From contig NC_068998.1 of the NCBI RefSeq assembly GCF_001194135.2, positions 12,191,432-12,255,431 of the forward strand: 64,000 nt of DNA. Reading direction: 5' to 3'. This DNA is from Octopus bimaculoides (taxonomy: Eukaryota). The position numbers were made by a program, and so were the translations under genes. The notes under the pieces were generated by a model, which was not told the DNA's origin, did not search any database, and saw only the letters and a program-made list of their open reading frames with translations. This document shows, piece by piece, positions 1 through 12,325 of this stretch; positions within the stretch are counted from its first letter, which is position 1; every line of letters starts with the position of its first letter.

Positions 1-88
1 AGTAACTGTCTGGAGACTGTACAAGTCGTTTTAGTTTACATTTCCTTCTTTCCTTTTCTAAGGAAGGATGCAATAAATCTTTAGCGAG
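1..88 (-). CDS. RPS27: 40S ribosomal protein S27 paralogue (copy B), exon 2, truncated by the window edge
   Basis: Reverse complement reads ttctgtttttgtcattgcag|CTC GCT AAA GAT TTA TTG CAT... = [29 protein letters not shown]. It differs from copy A exon 2 at 3 of 88 nt (two synonymous Arg changes, AAC>GAC). Confidence 0.93.
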
Positions 89-318
89 CTGCAATGACAA
101 AAACAGAAGAAATACATGAAATAAAATAGGTAGATACCAGTAATAGAAGATAGCGTGTGATAATAAGCCTAATAAGTAGTACAGAGTTCAGATACTTCCT
201 AACTGATGAAATTAAAAATAACTGCTATACACTATGTTGCAGTTGCAGTTGGCACTCCGTCNNNNNNNNNNNNNNNNNNNNNNNNNNNNNNNNNNNNNNN
301 NNNNNNNNNNNNNNNNNN

Positions 319-680
319 CTCCGTCGAGGGTTCCAGTCGATCCGCTCAACGGAACAGCCTGCTCGTGAAATTAACGTGCAAGTCGCTGAGCACTCCACAG
401 ACACGTGTACCCTTAACGTAGTTCTCGGGGATATTCAGCGTGACACAGTGTGACAAGGCTGACCCTTTGAATTACAGGTACAACAGAAACAGGAAGAAAG
501 AGTGAGAGAAAGTTGTGATGAAAGAGTACAGCAGGGTTCGCCACCATCCCCTGCCGGAGCCCCGTGGAGCTTTAGGTGTTTTCGCTCAATAAACACTCAC
601 AACGCCCAGTCTGGGAATCGAAACCACGATCCTATGACTGCGAGTCCGCTGCTCTAACTACTGGGCCATTGCGCCTCCAC
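319..680 (-). mobile_element. tRNA-derived SINE, family 1
   Basis: tRNA-like head (ggcgcaatggcccagtagttag...ggtttcgattccc) on -; near-identical copy at 18117-18455. Confidence 0.8.
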
Positions 681-1338
681 TATACACTATAGCACAGAGC
701 ATAAAGGAAATCAAGTCAGAACAAAACTAGAGTAAATGAAACAGATACACTGGTAATGAATTACATTTAGATACTAAATTATCAATTCCAATACATAATA
801 GGGTGTGATATATCAAATTAGAGTAGATAGGAGGTTTCTCCTGTAATGAAAATGAACTAAGAAAGCTCAATGGCTAACCAAATTGTTAGAGATAACAGCA
901 AAATTCCTCTCATATCATACTCTATATTCAAAAAGGAGGGACTTATTTGGATAATGTAGTTCTAGATATACTATGTCAGAACAAGAAGACAAAAAGGTTA
1001 CAGTAACAACAACTTGTAATGAAGACTGTGTTGTAAGGGCTTGCAAGATAACCTAACATACAGTAAGTCATAGAATAAATGTGGGAGCTGATTTTCGTAG
1101 AAAGCCTTAACTGCATGTGATCAATAAATTGAGCATTCAAAAAAAAAAAGGGTAACCAAAAATATAGCATATTTATAGGTCATAATAAGAAACACTGCAA
1201 CTCACTTCTACAACTGAGTGAACTGGAGCAACATGAAATAAAGTGTCTTGCTCAAGGACACAACACACAGTTCAGTCAGGGAATCAAACTCACTACCTCA
1301 TGATTGTGAATCTGACACTAACCACTGAGCTATGCGCC

Positions 1339-1388
<50 letters not shown>

Positions 1389-2940
1389 CTCTTTTCAATC
1401 TAGCACACTTATCTACCCACCCACTTTTTCCGCACCTCTATCCCTATTCTTTCTTTCTCTATCTCTTATTTACCTTGTGACTTGACCTCACATTCCTCTT
1501 CTCTTTCTAGATAGGGAAGCTATGTATTCAACTTTTCAGCAAGACATTTACCCCTATTTTTGTATCATACTTTCACATCCCTCTGAGTTGAAGGAGTCTT
1601 GTTTTGCACATACTTGGTAACTTCACCAGTTCTGATGCCATGAAAAAAATGTTTTTAAAATTACCCAGTACATTGTGAAGTGGTTGGCAACAGGAAAGGC
1701 ATTCAGGTGTAGAAACCAAAATTTTGGTTTTGGTCAGTTCAGTGCTATAGTTGAAGACACTTACTCAAGGTCTCACAAAGTGTGACTGAATCCGAAACCA
1801 TGTGACTGGGAAGCAAATTTCTTAACTACAGTCACACCAGTACCTATAGGCACATTTGCACTTATTGTCACTTGAGTAAAACTTGACAAAAATTGCACAG
1901 AAGCTAATCATGTGCATGTGTGTGTGTGTATACATGGACATACGAATGTGTAACTGCCTGCTACCATGAGTCTGCAGTGACACTAAGCAACAGTGATATT
2001 TGGGTACTAGTGGGATACAAGGGTCCTGAAATATTGACTTAATCATACAAAGAGCCCAACAATATCCTTTGTGGATTCTTGATTGTTTGTAAGTTTTTTA
2101 CAAAATTTATTATCTTTGTTCATTTTATTGCAATATATGATAGAAATAATTATAAAATAATAGACTATATATGTTTAAGGCGTATCCATTCCAACTTACA
2201 CCAAACTTGTATCGTTAAGTTAATGTTTCGGGACCCACGTCAAGCCCCTTGTATCATTAAGTCAATTATTTCGGGATCCTTGTATCCCACTAGTACCGAT
2301 ATTTGTTTACATTTCCCATAAACATTTAAGTCTTGTAGTTCATTGGTTTTGACATGTGAAGATCAGTGAAATAAAAAAATACAATACTTTAAAAAAAAAA
2401 GTTGATAACAAAAAAGGCATCTGACCATAGAATATTACTTCCAATAAGTCCCATCCAACCCATGCCATTGGGCCCCTTATCAACTTGCTAAACTGCAGTT
2501 ACACACACACACACAATTCAGTAAGCATACAATTTCAGTAGAGAAAATTCATAGAGGGTTATAGGCTCCCAGGAAAAACAGCTAATAGTAAAACACCTGT
2601 ACAAAGAACCAGGAATTAAAAATTTGCAGGTGGAGTAGTGTACCTCAAAACATAACCATAAGCCGATGAGAGCCCCTATGTGGTCTCTCAACTTTCTAAA
2701 AATAGCAACCAAACCTTTATAGCAACACACCCAATCACATAGGGTACTTGAAGGAGGATGAGACAATATATAGTCTGCCCTGGATGGTACTTTATATATT
2801 AGGTAATGTTTAGTAAGATGGGGTCTACAAAATCAAGGACCACTCCAGCTAGCACAAATCCTTATTATGCTCTATTTTTTTCTTTTTTAAAAAAAGAAAC
2901 GAAAATACATTGGATAATGTCATCCAAAAAATAAATAAAT

Positions 2941-3115
2941 AAGGCGCAGGAGTGGCTGTGTGGTAAGTAGCTTACTTACCAACCACATGGTTCTGGGTTC
3001 AGTCCCACGGCGTGGCACCTTGGGCAACTGTCTTCTACTATAGCCTCGGCCCGACCAAAGCCTTGTGAGTGGATTTGGTAGACAGAAACTGAAAGAAGNN
3101 NNNNNNNNNNNNNNN

Positions 3116-3156
<41 letters not shown>

Positions 3157-3362
3157 ATGTTTGTGTGTCTGTGTTTGTCCCCCCCAACTTCGCTTGACAA
3201 CCGATGCTGGTGTGTTTACGACCCCGTAACTTAGCGGTTCGGCAAAAGAGACCGATAGAATAAGTACTAGGCTTACAAAGAATAAGTCCTGGGGTCGATT
3301 TGCTCGACTAAAGGCGGTGCTCCAGCATGGCCACAGTCAAATGACTGAAACAATTAAAAGAG
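2941..3362 (+). mobile_element. tRNA-derived SINE, family 2, with internal (TA)n/(TG)n
   Basis: A-box/B-box-like head ggcgcaggagtggctgtgtggtaag...ggttcagtccc. Partial - strand copies near 1650-1820, 19050-19160, 22690-22850, 36370-36520, 49930-50100, 53890-54045 and 56660-56820. Confidence 0.8.
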
Positions 3363-4429
3363 TAAGTGAATGAATTACTCTGTATTTAGGTTACAGCAGA
3401 AACAACTACTCACTGAATTAGAGTAACTATCGTAACAAACAAACCTCAAAGACATGTTCAGACTTGTTTAAGCGCGCGCGCACGCACACACACACACACA
3501 CAGGGTTGTAATTTACATACACATGCAACTGCCTTTTGGACAATATATAGCAAACTGCTTTGTATACAAACACACACACGTTCATATTTATATTTAGTAT
3601 CTAGACGCCTGGTAGATAAATAAATGTAAACATAATTATTGACAAACTTGATACCATAGAGAGTAACTTGATAGTACATAAACAAACGTGGAGCCACTAC
3701 ATGGTTCCTTGGCATGCTAGAAATAGCAGCCAAGTCTCCTCACTAAAGAAGATATTGGACAATATAGGAGTGTACACTGTTTTTAATCTTAGGGCTAATG
3801 GTTTAAGCTCACTTCGGGCTAAACAAGAAAGGAGCCTCTATGTGGTCGCTTGACCTACTAGAAATGGTAACAAAATATCACTCAATTCACACCCCAATTG
3901 TCTTCGAAGGAAGGATACATTGCACAATGAGGTAGTCTCTGAATACAAAATGATAGGACAACTGCTACTGGAATCGGTGGTTCTCTACCAGGGTCCATTT
4001 GTTAAAATTTATGCACAATAAATTGGTTATACTTTTACAATGCACCAAATTTTTTAACAATTGTTTTTTTTTTTTTAATACAATTCCAAATATCTAATTC
4101 TAAAAATATAGGATGATATTTTTAAACATGGAAAGGCTATGAGAGTCCACCCAAGTAAAATAGGAATCAAAGGAATCCATTTGTAAAAAATGGTTTGTGA
4201 ACCATTGAACTAGATACAGTACAGACTATCCCCCCCCCCTCTCTATTCATCATCATTTTAACATCTACTTTCCTATGCTTTCATGGATCACATGAGAACA
4301 GATTGGAGCAGACTTTTTTATAACCAGATATCTTCCTGTTGCCAACACTACTTGTTTCCAAGCGAAGTAATAATCTCTCAGTCTAGTAAGCAACAAACAG
4401 CCTGGACATGGCCTACAGGACCATTTTAT

Positions 4430-6620
4430 CAGGTACTAAACCTCAGAGCTTCCACTATTAATGTTGACACAACAGAAAGTAAGACTAGAGAGATTACAGA
4501 CATGCTAGAGTAAGAAGTAGATGTTGTGTGCAAGAGATAAGATGGAGGGGGGGGGCCTTAGCCAGACTCCTCACATATAACAAATGCTTCTAAGTTAGAA
4601 AAGAAATGGGTAAAGTAATTGAGTTAGTAAGAGTATGTGAGAAAATAATTAAGTTTAAACTAATCTTAGACAGTGTGGCACAATAGTGATGCAATCATAT
4701 GCACCTTAACCCTTTCGTTACCAACCCGGCTGAAACCGGCTCTGGTTCTGTAGTACAAATGTTTTGTTCTCATAAGTTTTGAATTAAAATCTTTCACCAA
4801 ACCTTAGTTACAATTTATGTTCCTAATATGTGCTTAATGATTTATTTTACTAAATTCTTTGTTATACTTAAAATAATGGAAAGAAACACAGAGCATCTCA
4901 AAATAAATATGGTAACAAAAGGGTTAAGGACTGATAGACGAGCAAAAGAACCATTTCCCCAAGGTTCTTCAACTGACTATTTCGGTAATTAATGAGTGAC
5001 CTCATCATGATGTTACCTAATATATCTTTAATGGACCTGTGCAGCAGGTGTACATAGAGGCCATTTATGTAGTACAAGTAATGAAAAAGATTAAGGCTCT
5101 TGGAATTCCTCATGGAAAGAAGAGATATGATCAGATACTGAAAATATCTAGCACAGTAAGATATGCACTAATCACAGTCAAACCAGTAACACAGAGAGGT
5201 GTCATACTTCATGAGTGGCACAGAGATATAGTTATCCTTGAGTGAATTCTTTGCCAACAATGGCAAAGCTGATGCTCAAGAAAGATACAACTACAGAGAT
5301 ACTAAATTAATGGGCCAGGTTTAAAAAAAAAACAGAATACCTAAAGCTCAACTGATTAGGAAGAGAATTAGCTTAACTAAGATGCAATTTGGGTTTGAGC
5401 CAAGACATGTACCACCAATGTTCCCTTTCAAGTGAAACAATTGCAGATATAGACTTTCTTAGCTTAGAGTAAACCTAAACACATCAAACCTGCATTGATT
5501 CCATAAATGGAGATCTTGAGAATATCCACCAGTGGACCGTGTCAATCTTGTCTCATCAATAAGAAAAGAGTTTAAGCACTACTCGCATTAAGAAAATACT
5601 ATCCCCATCCCACTCCTCAGAATGAGTGGCACTCAGCAATAGCCCCAAAGGTAATTCCAAATGCCAGGCCTCATTGTCATCAAGGATCTCTCCTAGCAAA
5701 AGCACATCCTTAACGCAGCTAAGATTGCATTCTAAACAATGGCTTTTTCCTTCAGGGCCAGAAAATATTTCAACCCTCAACAATTACTGATACTCTACAA
5801 AGTTCAAGTGACTCTCAATGGAGATCTAGAATGCATGGTGGTGCTGCAAAACAGATATCCTGGGCTACAACCAGGGAAGGGCCATTCAATTGACTGACAT
5901 TAAATCACTTCCAGATGATATGCCTCAGCCCATGGCCTGTAAGCATGCTGTCAACTGTTTTTTTTTTTTCTATTACTACCATAACAACTTCTGTTCCTTA
6001 GACCTGGCTGGCCTTACACCAACTTCACACTCAAGAACTCCACAACTTGTTTCCCTTGTGCTTAACATTAAGGCTTTTGAACCACCATTTCCAGTCATTC
6101 CTACCCAGAACAACACTTAGCACTGGAACCTCTTCCCTGCTCACGTCTATTTCTTCATGTATTGATTTGCAGCAGTTTAAACGAAATACTAACAGCATCA
6201 ATCTCACCAGTTTTGAGTACAAACCTTTCCTCCATAAGAATTAGTGTTCAAGAGAGAAGACTGCACTGGTATGGTCATGTAATGTGTATGAACGAAGATA
6301 GTTGCATCAAGAGATGCTGGTCTCTCATTATGGAGGGAATGTGTAGAAGGTGTAGACCCAGGAAGACGTGGGACGAAGTGGTGAGAAAAGATCTACAGAT
6401 GTTGGGACTCAGAGACGCTGACAGGACTCCAAGACTCTTGTGCTTGTCCTCTACATCCCTCTCCAGCTAATCTTGCGAGCTCGCGAATGCTGGTGCCACG
6501 TAAACGCACCCGTGCCAGTGCTGTGTAAAAGCACCCAGTACACTCTGTTAAGTGGTTGGCGTTAGGAAAGACACCCAGCCGTAGAAACCATGCCAAAACA
6601 GACATGGGACCTGGGCAGTT
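4430..6620 (+). mobile_element. Decayed RTE-clade LINE
   Basis: Endonuclease-like start (TINVDT...EITDMLE...VQEIRWRG), QFGF-like RT fragment near 5385, C-terminal RRLHWYGHVMCM...RPRKTWDEVVRKDL at 6250-6410, then the common 3' tail. It is interrupted by a MITE at 4706-4927. Confidence 0.7.
4706..4927. mobile_element. piggyBac-like MITE, family A
   Basis: TTAA|CCCTTTCGTTACC...GGTAACAAAAGGG|TTAA; copies at 16841-17061 (reverse) and 42879-43107. Confidence 0.85.
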
Positions 6621-8126
6621 CTTCAGTGTATGTATAAATTCATCCATATAATAAATTCTATTATAGAGACCACTTATAACGTCTCGTGGCATTTTGACAT
6701 GATTTCTTTTACTCTGGATGTAGTTCTCGTTTAGCCCAAGGTTTGCTCTGTGTTGGCACAGACCCATGATCAATGGCATTCCAACCATCGCCACTATCCC
6801 TTATTTTCTCTATATACAGTTACTTAGGGCCACATTGTCCTACGTGTCCTTTTCAAAAGAGCGGATGCGATTTGAGGGTATGTGATTGCTTTCCGAGTAG
6901 ATCGAGTAACCAGGTATATAGGTACCCTCGTGTAACAAAAATACTCCTCAATTTACGCGAAAACAAAAACTATTTTATCAACCTACATTATTTGCTGTTG
7001 GATGTCTTCTGCAACACAACCCATCTATTTACACGAAATAAGGCCCCCATACGCATCTTTTTATACAGACATATAGGTCCGCGATGCACTAATGAACTAA
7101 GTAATCGTCAGAGAGCACCATTAACAAACATAACGAAAATTTTTAAAAAAACGTTTTCATATTGTCCTCATATCATTTTTATGATCGTGGTGTAATGTAG
7201 TAAAAAAAAATTTGCTTTTACTTCTTACTGAAAGCAACAGAGAATAATTTAGACATGCTGCACAGACATTTTGAAGAGAGAAAAGAAAAGAATATAGATT
7301 TCAAGAGAAAAGCAAACACGTGGGATAAAGTGGAAAAAACATATGGCGAAACATTACCACAATTAATTTATCAAAGATATACTCGATTTCGTTTCAACAT
7401 CTAAAAATATATATATAAATATAAAATAAATAACAAAGGACAAAAATATTTATGGTCTTTCCAAGAAATTGTCTTATAATAATAGTAATAGTAATAAGGC
7501 GTTCTTTCGAAATAACTATCATAAAATGCCAGTTAATTAAGTAAAGCAAAATATATTTTCTATTTCTCATACTTTTCCAGTGCTCTTTTTTTTTTTTTAG
7601 ACTTACTGTACCCACTACGATTTTTAATTATAAATTTTAACAAAAATAATGAACTGATAACATGTGTGTGTGCGTGCGTAGTTAATAATCAAAATCTATA
7701 TAGCTAATAATCAAAGATATTCTCTATTTCGTCTCTAATAATAAAATAAAAATGTAAAAATAAGAAAATCACTAAAATATTTACGGTCTTTCCAACAAAA
7801 TGTTTTACCAAACAAAAAAAATATAACTAAAATTCAATTAGTTATGAAAAATATATTGGAAAACTTTTACGAACTCCAGTTTAGCAATATATTTCCTAAA
7901 TAACGATCACACTATATATACATATACACATTATAAAATGCTTCTAAAATATTAATTAAACACGCACATGCCAACCAACACATGGCTGATCGAGGCAAGT
8001 TTTCACATCGGAATTATTATCGTCGAAAGACCAGAAGTATGCAAACATATAAAAGTATGCACAATTTAAAGGTATTTGGGAGGGTAAAATATTGATAATT
8101 AGACTTTTAAAAAATGTGAATCTAAC

Positions 8127-8132
8127 CGGCAT
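8127..8132 (-). CDS. RPS27: RPS27 paralogue (copy B), coding part of exon 1 (ATG CCG)
   Basis: Minus strand aaaccATG CCG|gttaga, the same ATGCCG|GTTAG as copy A exon 1. The phase-0 junction fits exon 2 at 88 and implies an 8.0-kb intron (89-8126). Only 6 coding nt, so support rests on this match. Confidence 0.75.
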
Positions 8133-8207
8133 GGTTTATACTTCGCAAGCAAATAACCAAGTTGGATAAGATGAAATTGGACTGCTGTAGTACGTGTNNN
8201 NNNNNNN

Positions 8208-8242
<35 letters not shown>

Positions 8243-9140
8243 AGAAGAGAGGGGGCGGAGTGATATAGTTATATATAAACTGAAAGAGAGGGTAAGAAAT
8301 ATAGTTATATATAAAGTACGAGAGAGGGGAGAGATATCATCATATACAAAGTAAGAGAGGGGAGAGAGATAACTATATACAAAATAAGACAGAGAGGAAG
8401 AAAGAGGGAGAGAGAAATACTTATATAAAGAGAGGGTGAACAGAGATATTATATATAATTTAACAGAGAGGAGGGATTGAGAGATTAGAAAGAAAGAAAG
8501 AGAGAGAGAGAAAAGAAATTTGAGCGAGAAAAGGCGAGATTAAATAGAGAGGGGAGAAATGAGGGAGTAACTGTGAAATTAGAAAAAAAAGAAAGAGACA
8601 GAGAGAAACAGTCACGTATTCAGCTGACAGTTCATTTGCTTTAGTATTATATTTGCTGCACTTTACTCAGAGACATTCCTCTTACGCTAGAAAACGAAAA
8701 ATACTATTCAGAGAACAACTTTGTTTTGGATTTGTACAAATCCTATATTAAAAGTTGATGGCTACTGAAATGTGATTATTCACTTCTTTAGGACTTTAGG
8801 GAGAAATTAGTAGAGACTGAAAATACTTTCTCCTATTTAAACACAAATCCCTTGCTAAGGAGAATAACTAGGATATTGTAACGCTACTTTTTTTACGTGG
8901 TATTTGTGTCGAGGGTGAAGTGTTATCTATGGTTTCAACCCAACATATAAAAAAAAAAACTATTTCGGGGGTTCGATTGCTCTGAAAATAACATCTCTGC
9001 GGCTATTAGTTTGAACCGAATTGAAGTGAAAAAATATAAGCTTTTCTCAACAACACTAACAGTAAAATGTTTTATATGGCACATTCTACCAGTGTCCGAA
9101 GTTTGAAAGTGTTCAGTTACAAAAAAAAAATTAATTTCTA

Positions 9141-9402
9141 ATCTGAACCTTTCCCCCCTTTTTTTTTTTTTTACGGAATCCCACGTTTTAGGCTATGGAG
9201 ATTCCGATTCTGAAAAAAAAATTTCAAAATTTCTATCCCCCCCCTCCGGTTTTTATATAGATCCACACCCGGTGGAAAAAGTGAAAAAAAAAATAGTGTA
9301 GTAGTTGAAATGCACCTTATATGAAATAAATATGAAGGAAAAAATGCGCTTTGGCAAACGGGGTTAGGGTTAGGTTTTGAGTTAGTGGGGAAAGGTTCAG
9401 AT
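9141..9402. repeat. Short-IR-bounded element with TTAGGG repeats
   Basis: Perfect 16-bp inverted repeat atctgaacctttcccc (9141-9156) / ggggaaaggttcagat (9387-9402); gggttagggttagg at 9361-9374. Confidence 0.6.
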
Positions 9403-10079
9403 AACATACAGCCCGTCTCCGCCGATTTGGCTGCAATCTCCAGCGGGTCGAGTGAATTCATAGAAACTCCGTCGTTGGTTCGTTATAATGAAATAAACTG
9501 GAAAGGTGATGTTCACCGTGGGTCAATATGGAGTGTAGGGGAAGCGCGTGCTGAAGAAATATTGGTGGGGTAACATATTTCTCAATAAAATATATATTGA
9601 GTAGTTCAGTCGCAAGGAGGAAAAAGGGAAAATTAATTTGATTTAAAATTAAGAAGCAAACTTGTTGCATGTTGACAAAATTTCAAAATTACCCCACCCT
9701 CCCCACGGTAAAGTATCAATGTTCATAATTAGGAGTTATACCCACGGAAAAAAATGAGAAAGGAAACTATATTAAGTAGTATATTTGCTTTCTATGTATC
9801 TTAGAACAAGGAATAAACAGGTAGATTTGATTTCAATGTTACGGTTTAACAGCCTGAATTTAATTTTCACCTAAATATGCAACACTTGTCACATTCTGAA
9901 CCTAAATTAAGTTCACTGATTTCAATATTCATGATATGTATTTGCTATACGAAGAATAAAAATATCAGCAAAAGCGTATATTTTCAGTTAGATATACAGC
10001 AACATTTAATTAATTATGGAAAAAGATTAATGGCATGAATACGATACTATTGCTGAGAATGAGTCGTTAACTTTATTAC

Positions 10080-10116
10080 TATATATATAAGCAATTCCCT
10101 CTTGAACTTCCTTTCT
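10080..10116 (+). promoter_or_regulatory. RPS27 copy A core promoter: TATA box plus TCT initiator / 5'TOP tract
   Basis: TATATAA at 10084-10090, then TCCTTTCT at 10109-10116 matching the YYC+1TTTYY TCT motif (predicted +1 at 10111), 26 nt before the ATG. This is typical of ribosomal protein genes. Confidence 0.75.
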
Positions 10117-10136
10117 GTACGGTTTAACGGGACATC

Positions 10137-10142
10137 ATGCCG
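10137..10142 (+). CDS. RPS27: RPS27 copy A exon 1 (MP)
   Basis: catcATG CCG|gttagt downstream of the TCT motif; the 2-codon first exon matches the conserved animal RPS27 structure. Confidence 0.88.
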
Positions 10143-10764
10143 GTTAGTAATTTGCTGCTCTGTTTTTTCGTCTGTTTTTGCTTTAATCTTCTCTCATTGT
10201 TGTCAAATATAACAAAGAAATCGTTAATTATTATCTTAATTAGGTAAAACTGCAATATTTAGCGTTATATTTGGTCTTTTGTTATGTTTTTTTCCCCGTT
10301 ATATAAACACATGCGACGTGACTTCCGCTTTATCGAATTTAATAATGGTGTCTGTTTAACAACAAAAACATTTCTCAATTAAAAGTGATATCTCTTTTAA
10401 TACATTTCCCCATTTAACCTTCTCTCAACAAGCTCTTTATATAATTTAATTCTGCAAGTTCTTTATTAAACATGTTTTACTAACTAAGATTACCGTGTGT
10501 GATCGCACACGATCTTGTTAAATAACTTAATTATAACACTTGTATTGGCTTAAAAGCGACCAAAAGGTCGGGAATTATCATATTTTCACTCCATTTATCT
10601 TGTTCTTGAAATCGTTATGTCAAGTCCTTCATTGGAAGATGTAATCTCTTTAAAATTTCTGTCTTTTTAGCAGGTATTCTAAGTGCGTGCTTTTAATTTA
10701 ATATTTCTGAAGACACGCGTGGTGAATGTTTAAGTGTTTAATATTTCTGTTTTTATCATTGCAG

Positions 10765-10873
10765 CTCGCTAAAGATTTATTGCATCCTTCCTTAGAAAAG
10801 GAACGAAGGAAATGTAAACTAAAAAGACTTGTACAGTCTCCAAACAGTTACTTTATGGATGTCAAATGCCCAG
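10765..10873 (+). CDS. RPS27: RPS27 copy A exon 2
   Basis: ttgcag|CTC...CCA G|gtaagt; [36 protein letters not shown], 109 nt. Confidence 0.97.
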
Positions 10874-12107
10874 GTAAGTTAAGTTTATTTATTTTAAGGT
10901 GTATTTTAACACTTGGTAATAAGTTTCAAAATATTTTGGCACAAAACAATCATAAAATGAAACTAAAATACATATCTAAATAACTAATACAAAATTTGGT
11001 GAAGGTAAAGAATACACACACCAGTTGTTTAGGGTTAGGGGTTCATGAGGCAATCTTTCGTTTTAACTCGAAGGCGTGTGCCAACATATCCCATGATTTT
11101 TTGTGCGTTGAAATATCTTGTTGATCTCAAAGTTGAACACACTGTATTTTCTAAGTGTATCCCATTTATATTCATGATGACCATTCAGAAACTAATTGAA
11201 AATGTGTCATATAGTATAAAGTGATTTTGTTAGAAGTCAACGTTTATTCCTGTAGATGAGTCATGAACAAACTGCGGCCCGCGGGATTTTCTGAATTAGC
11301 ACGCTTAACGAAAAATTACCGTGAATTTTTCTTAGTATTGCAACCCGCTTCTCCGGAAAGGTTGCCCATGCTGGCTTTAAATATTAGATATGTAATTTAA
11401 AGTCGCCAGTCTCCTAAAATACATAAGATCTATTTTTGTTTTGCCTTCATTTGTATGTGAATATGAAAGGCACTTTTGTTTTTCTTTAACATTTGTATGT
11501 TTAGCCTTTTGACATCTGATTCAACTGGTCCCAGGATCCAATGTGTCATTTAATTAAAATAATAGATTGTGATTTGAAGTTGATTTCGATTGTTAAATCT
11601 GGATCTATATTTTAGGATTCAAAAATATCCACCATTTTTATTCTTCTAACTGCTCCTTATAGTATAAATGGAATATTTGTTAACTAGGCCAACAGATTTG
11701 TCTTTGCTGCAGATGTATAAAATAATGATTTATTTTTTTGTTGACACAAGACCAGTAATTTTGAAGAGGAAAAAGGTTGAGTACGACTCCCAATATTTAA
11801 CCAGTACTTTATTTATCGAACCCCGAAAGGATGAAAGGCTAAACTGAATTCCGAACATTGGCATTTTATCAGATGTCTTTATGAATGAACTGAGATAAAA
11901 TAAATTTCTGAAGTTAGCGTACAATATTGATTACTTCATATTAATTTTTCGATCTTTGAACAAATAAAATGACGAACAACAAAGATAATTAATCTGTGTG
12001 AAAAATAAAACAAATAATCGTTAATGATCGAAAAAGACCTGACGAAAGAAAATTGTAACTTTCGATTTTGTGTAAAATAAGTTTGATTTAAAGAAATCGT
12101 TATTATT

Positions 12108-12325
12108 AAGGCAGCGAGCTGGTAGAATCGTTAGCACGCCGGACAAATTTGCTTAGTAGACATTTCATCCGTCTTTATGTTTTAAGTTCAAATTCCGCTG
12201 AGGTTGACTTTGACTTTTATCGCTTCGAGATCAATATAATACATACCAGTTGAATACTGCGGTCAGTGTAATCAACTAAATCCCCGCCCATAAAATTTCA
12301 GGCTTTGTGTCTATAGTAGAAAGGA
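12108..12325 (+). mobile_element. tRNA-derived SINE, family 3 (RPS27 intron 2)
   Basis: aaggcagcgagctggtagaatcgttagcacgccgg...gttcaaattcc head; related copies at 24781-24991 (-), 48799-49004 (+), with fragments near 11770-11870, 41560-41890 and 54570-54960. Confidence 0.75.

Noticed and set aside
1040-1105. Exon-like minus-strand stretch (KAFYENQLPHLFYDLLY)
   Set aside because: Short, unrecognised, lies inside the RPS27 copy B intron, and has a weak donor.
2941-3020. tRNA-like sequences at SINE heads
   Set aside because: They continue into SINE bodies and lack a complete cloverleaf, so they are not tRNA genes.
7373-7802. Two diverged ~95-bp AT-rich copies (7373-7470 and 7711-7802)
   Set aside because: Old low-complexity local duplication with no functional signature.
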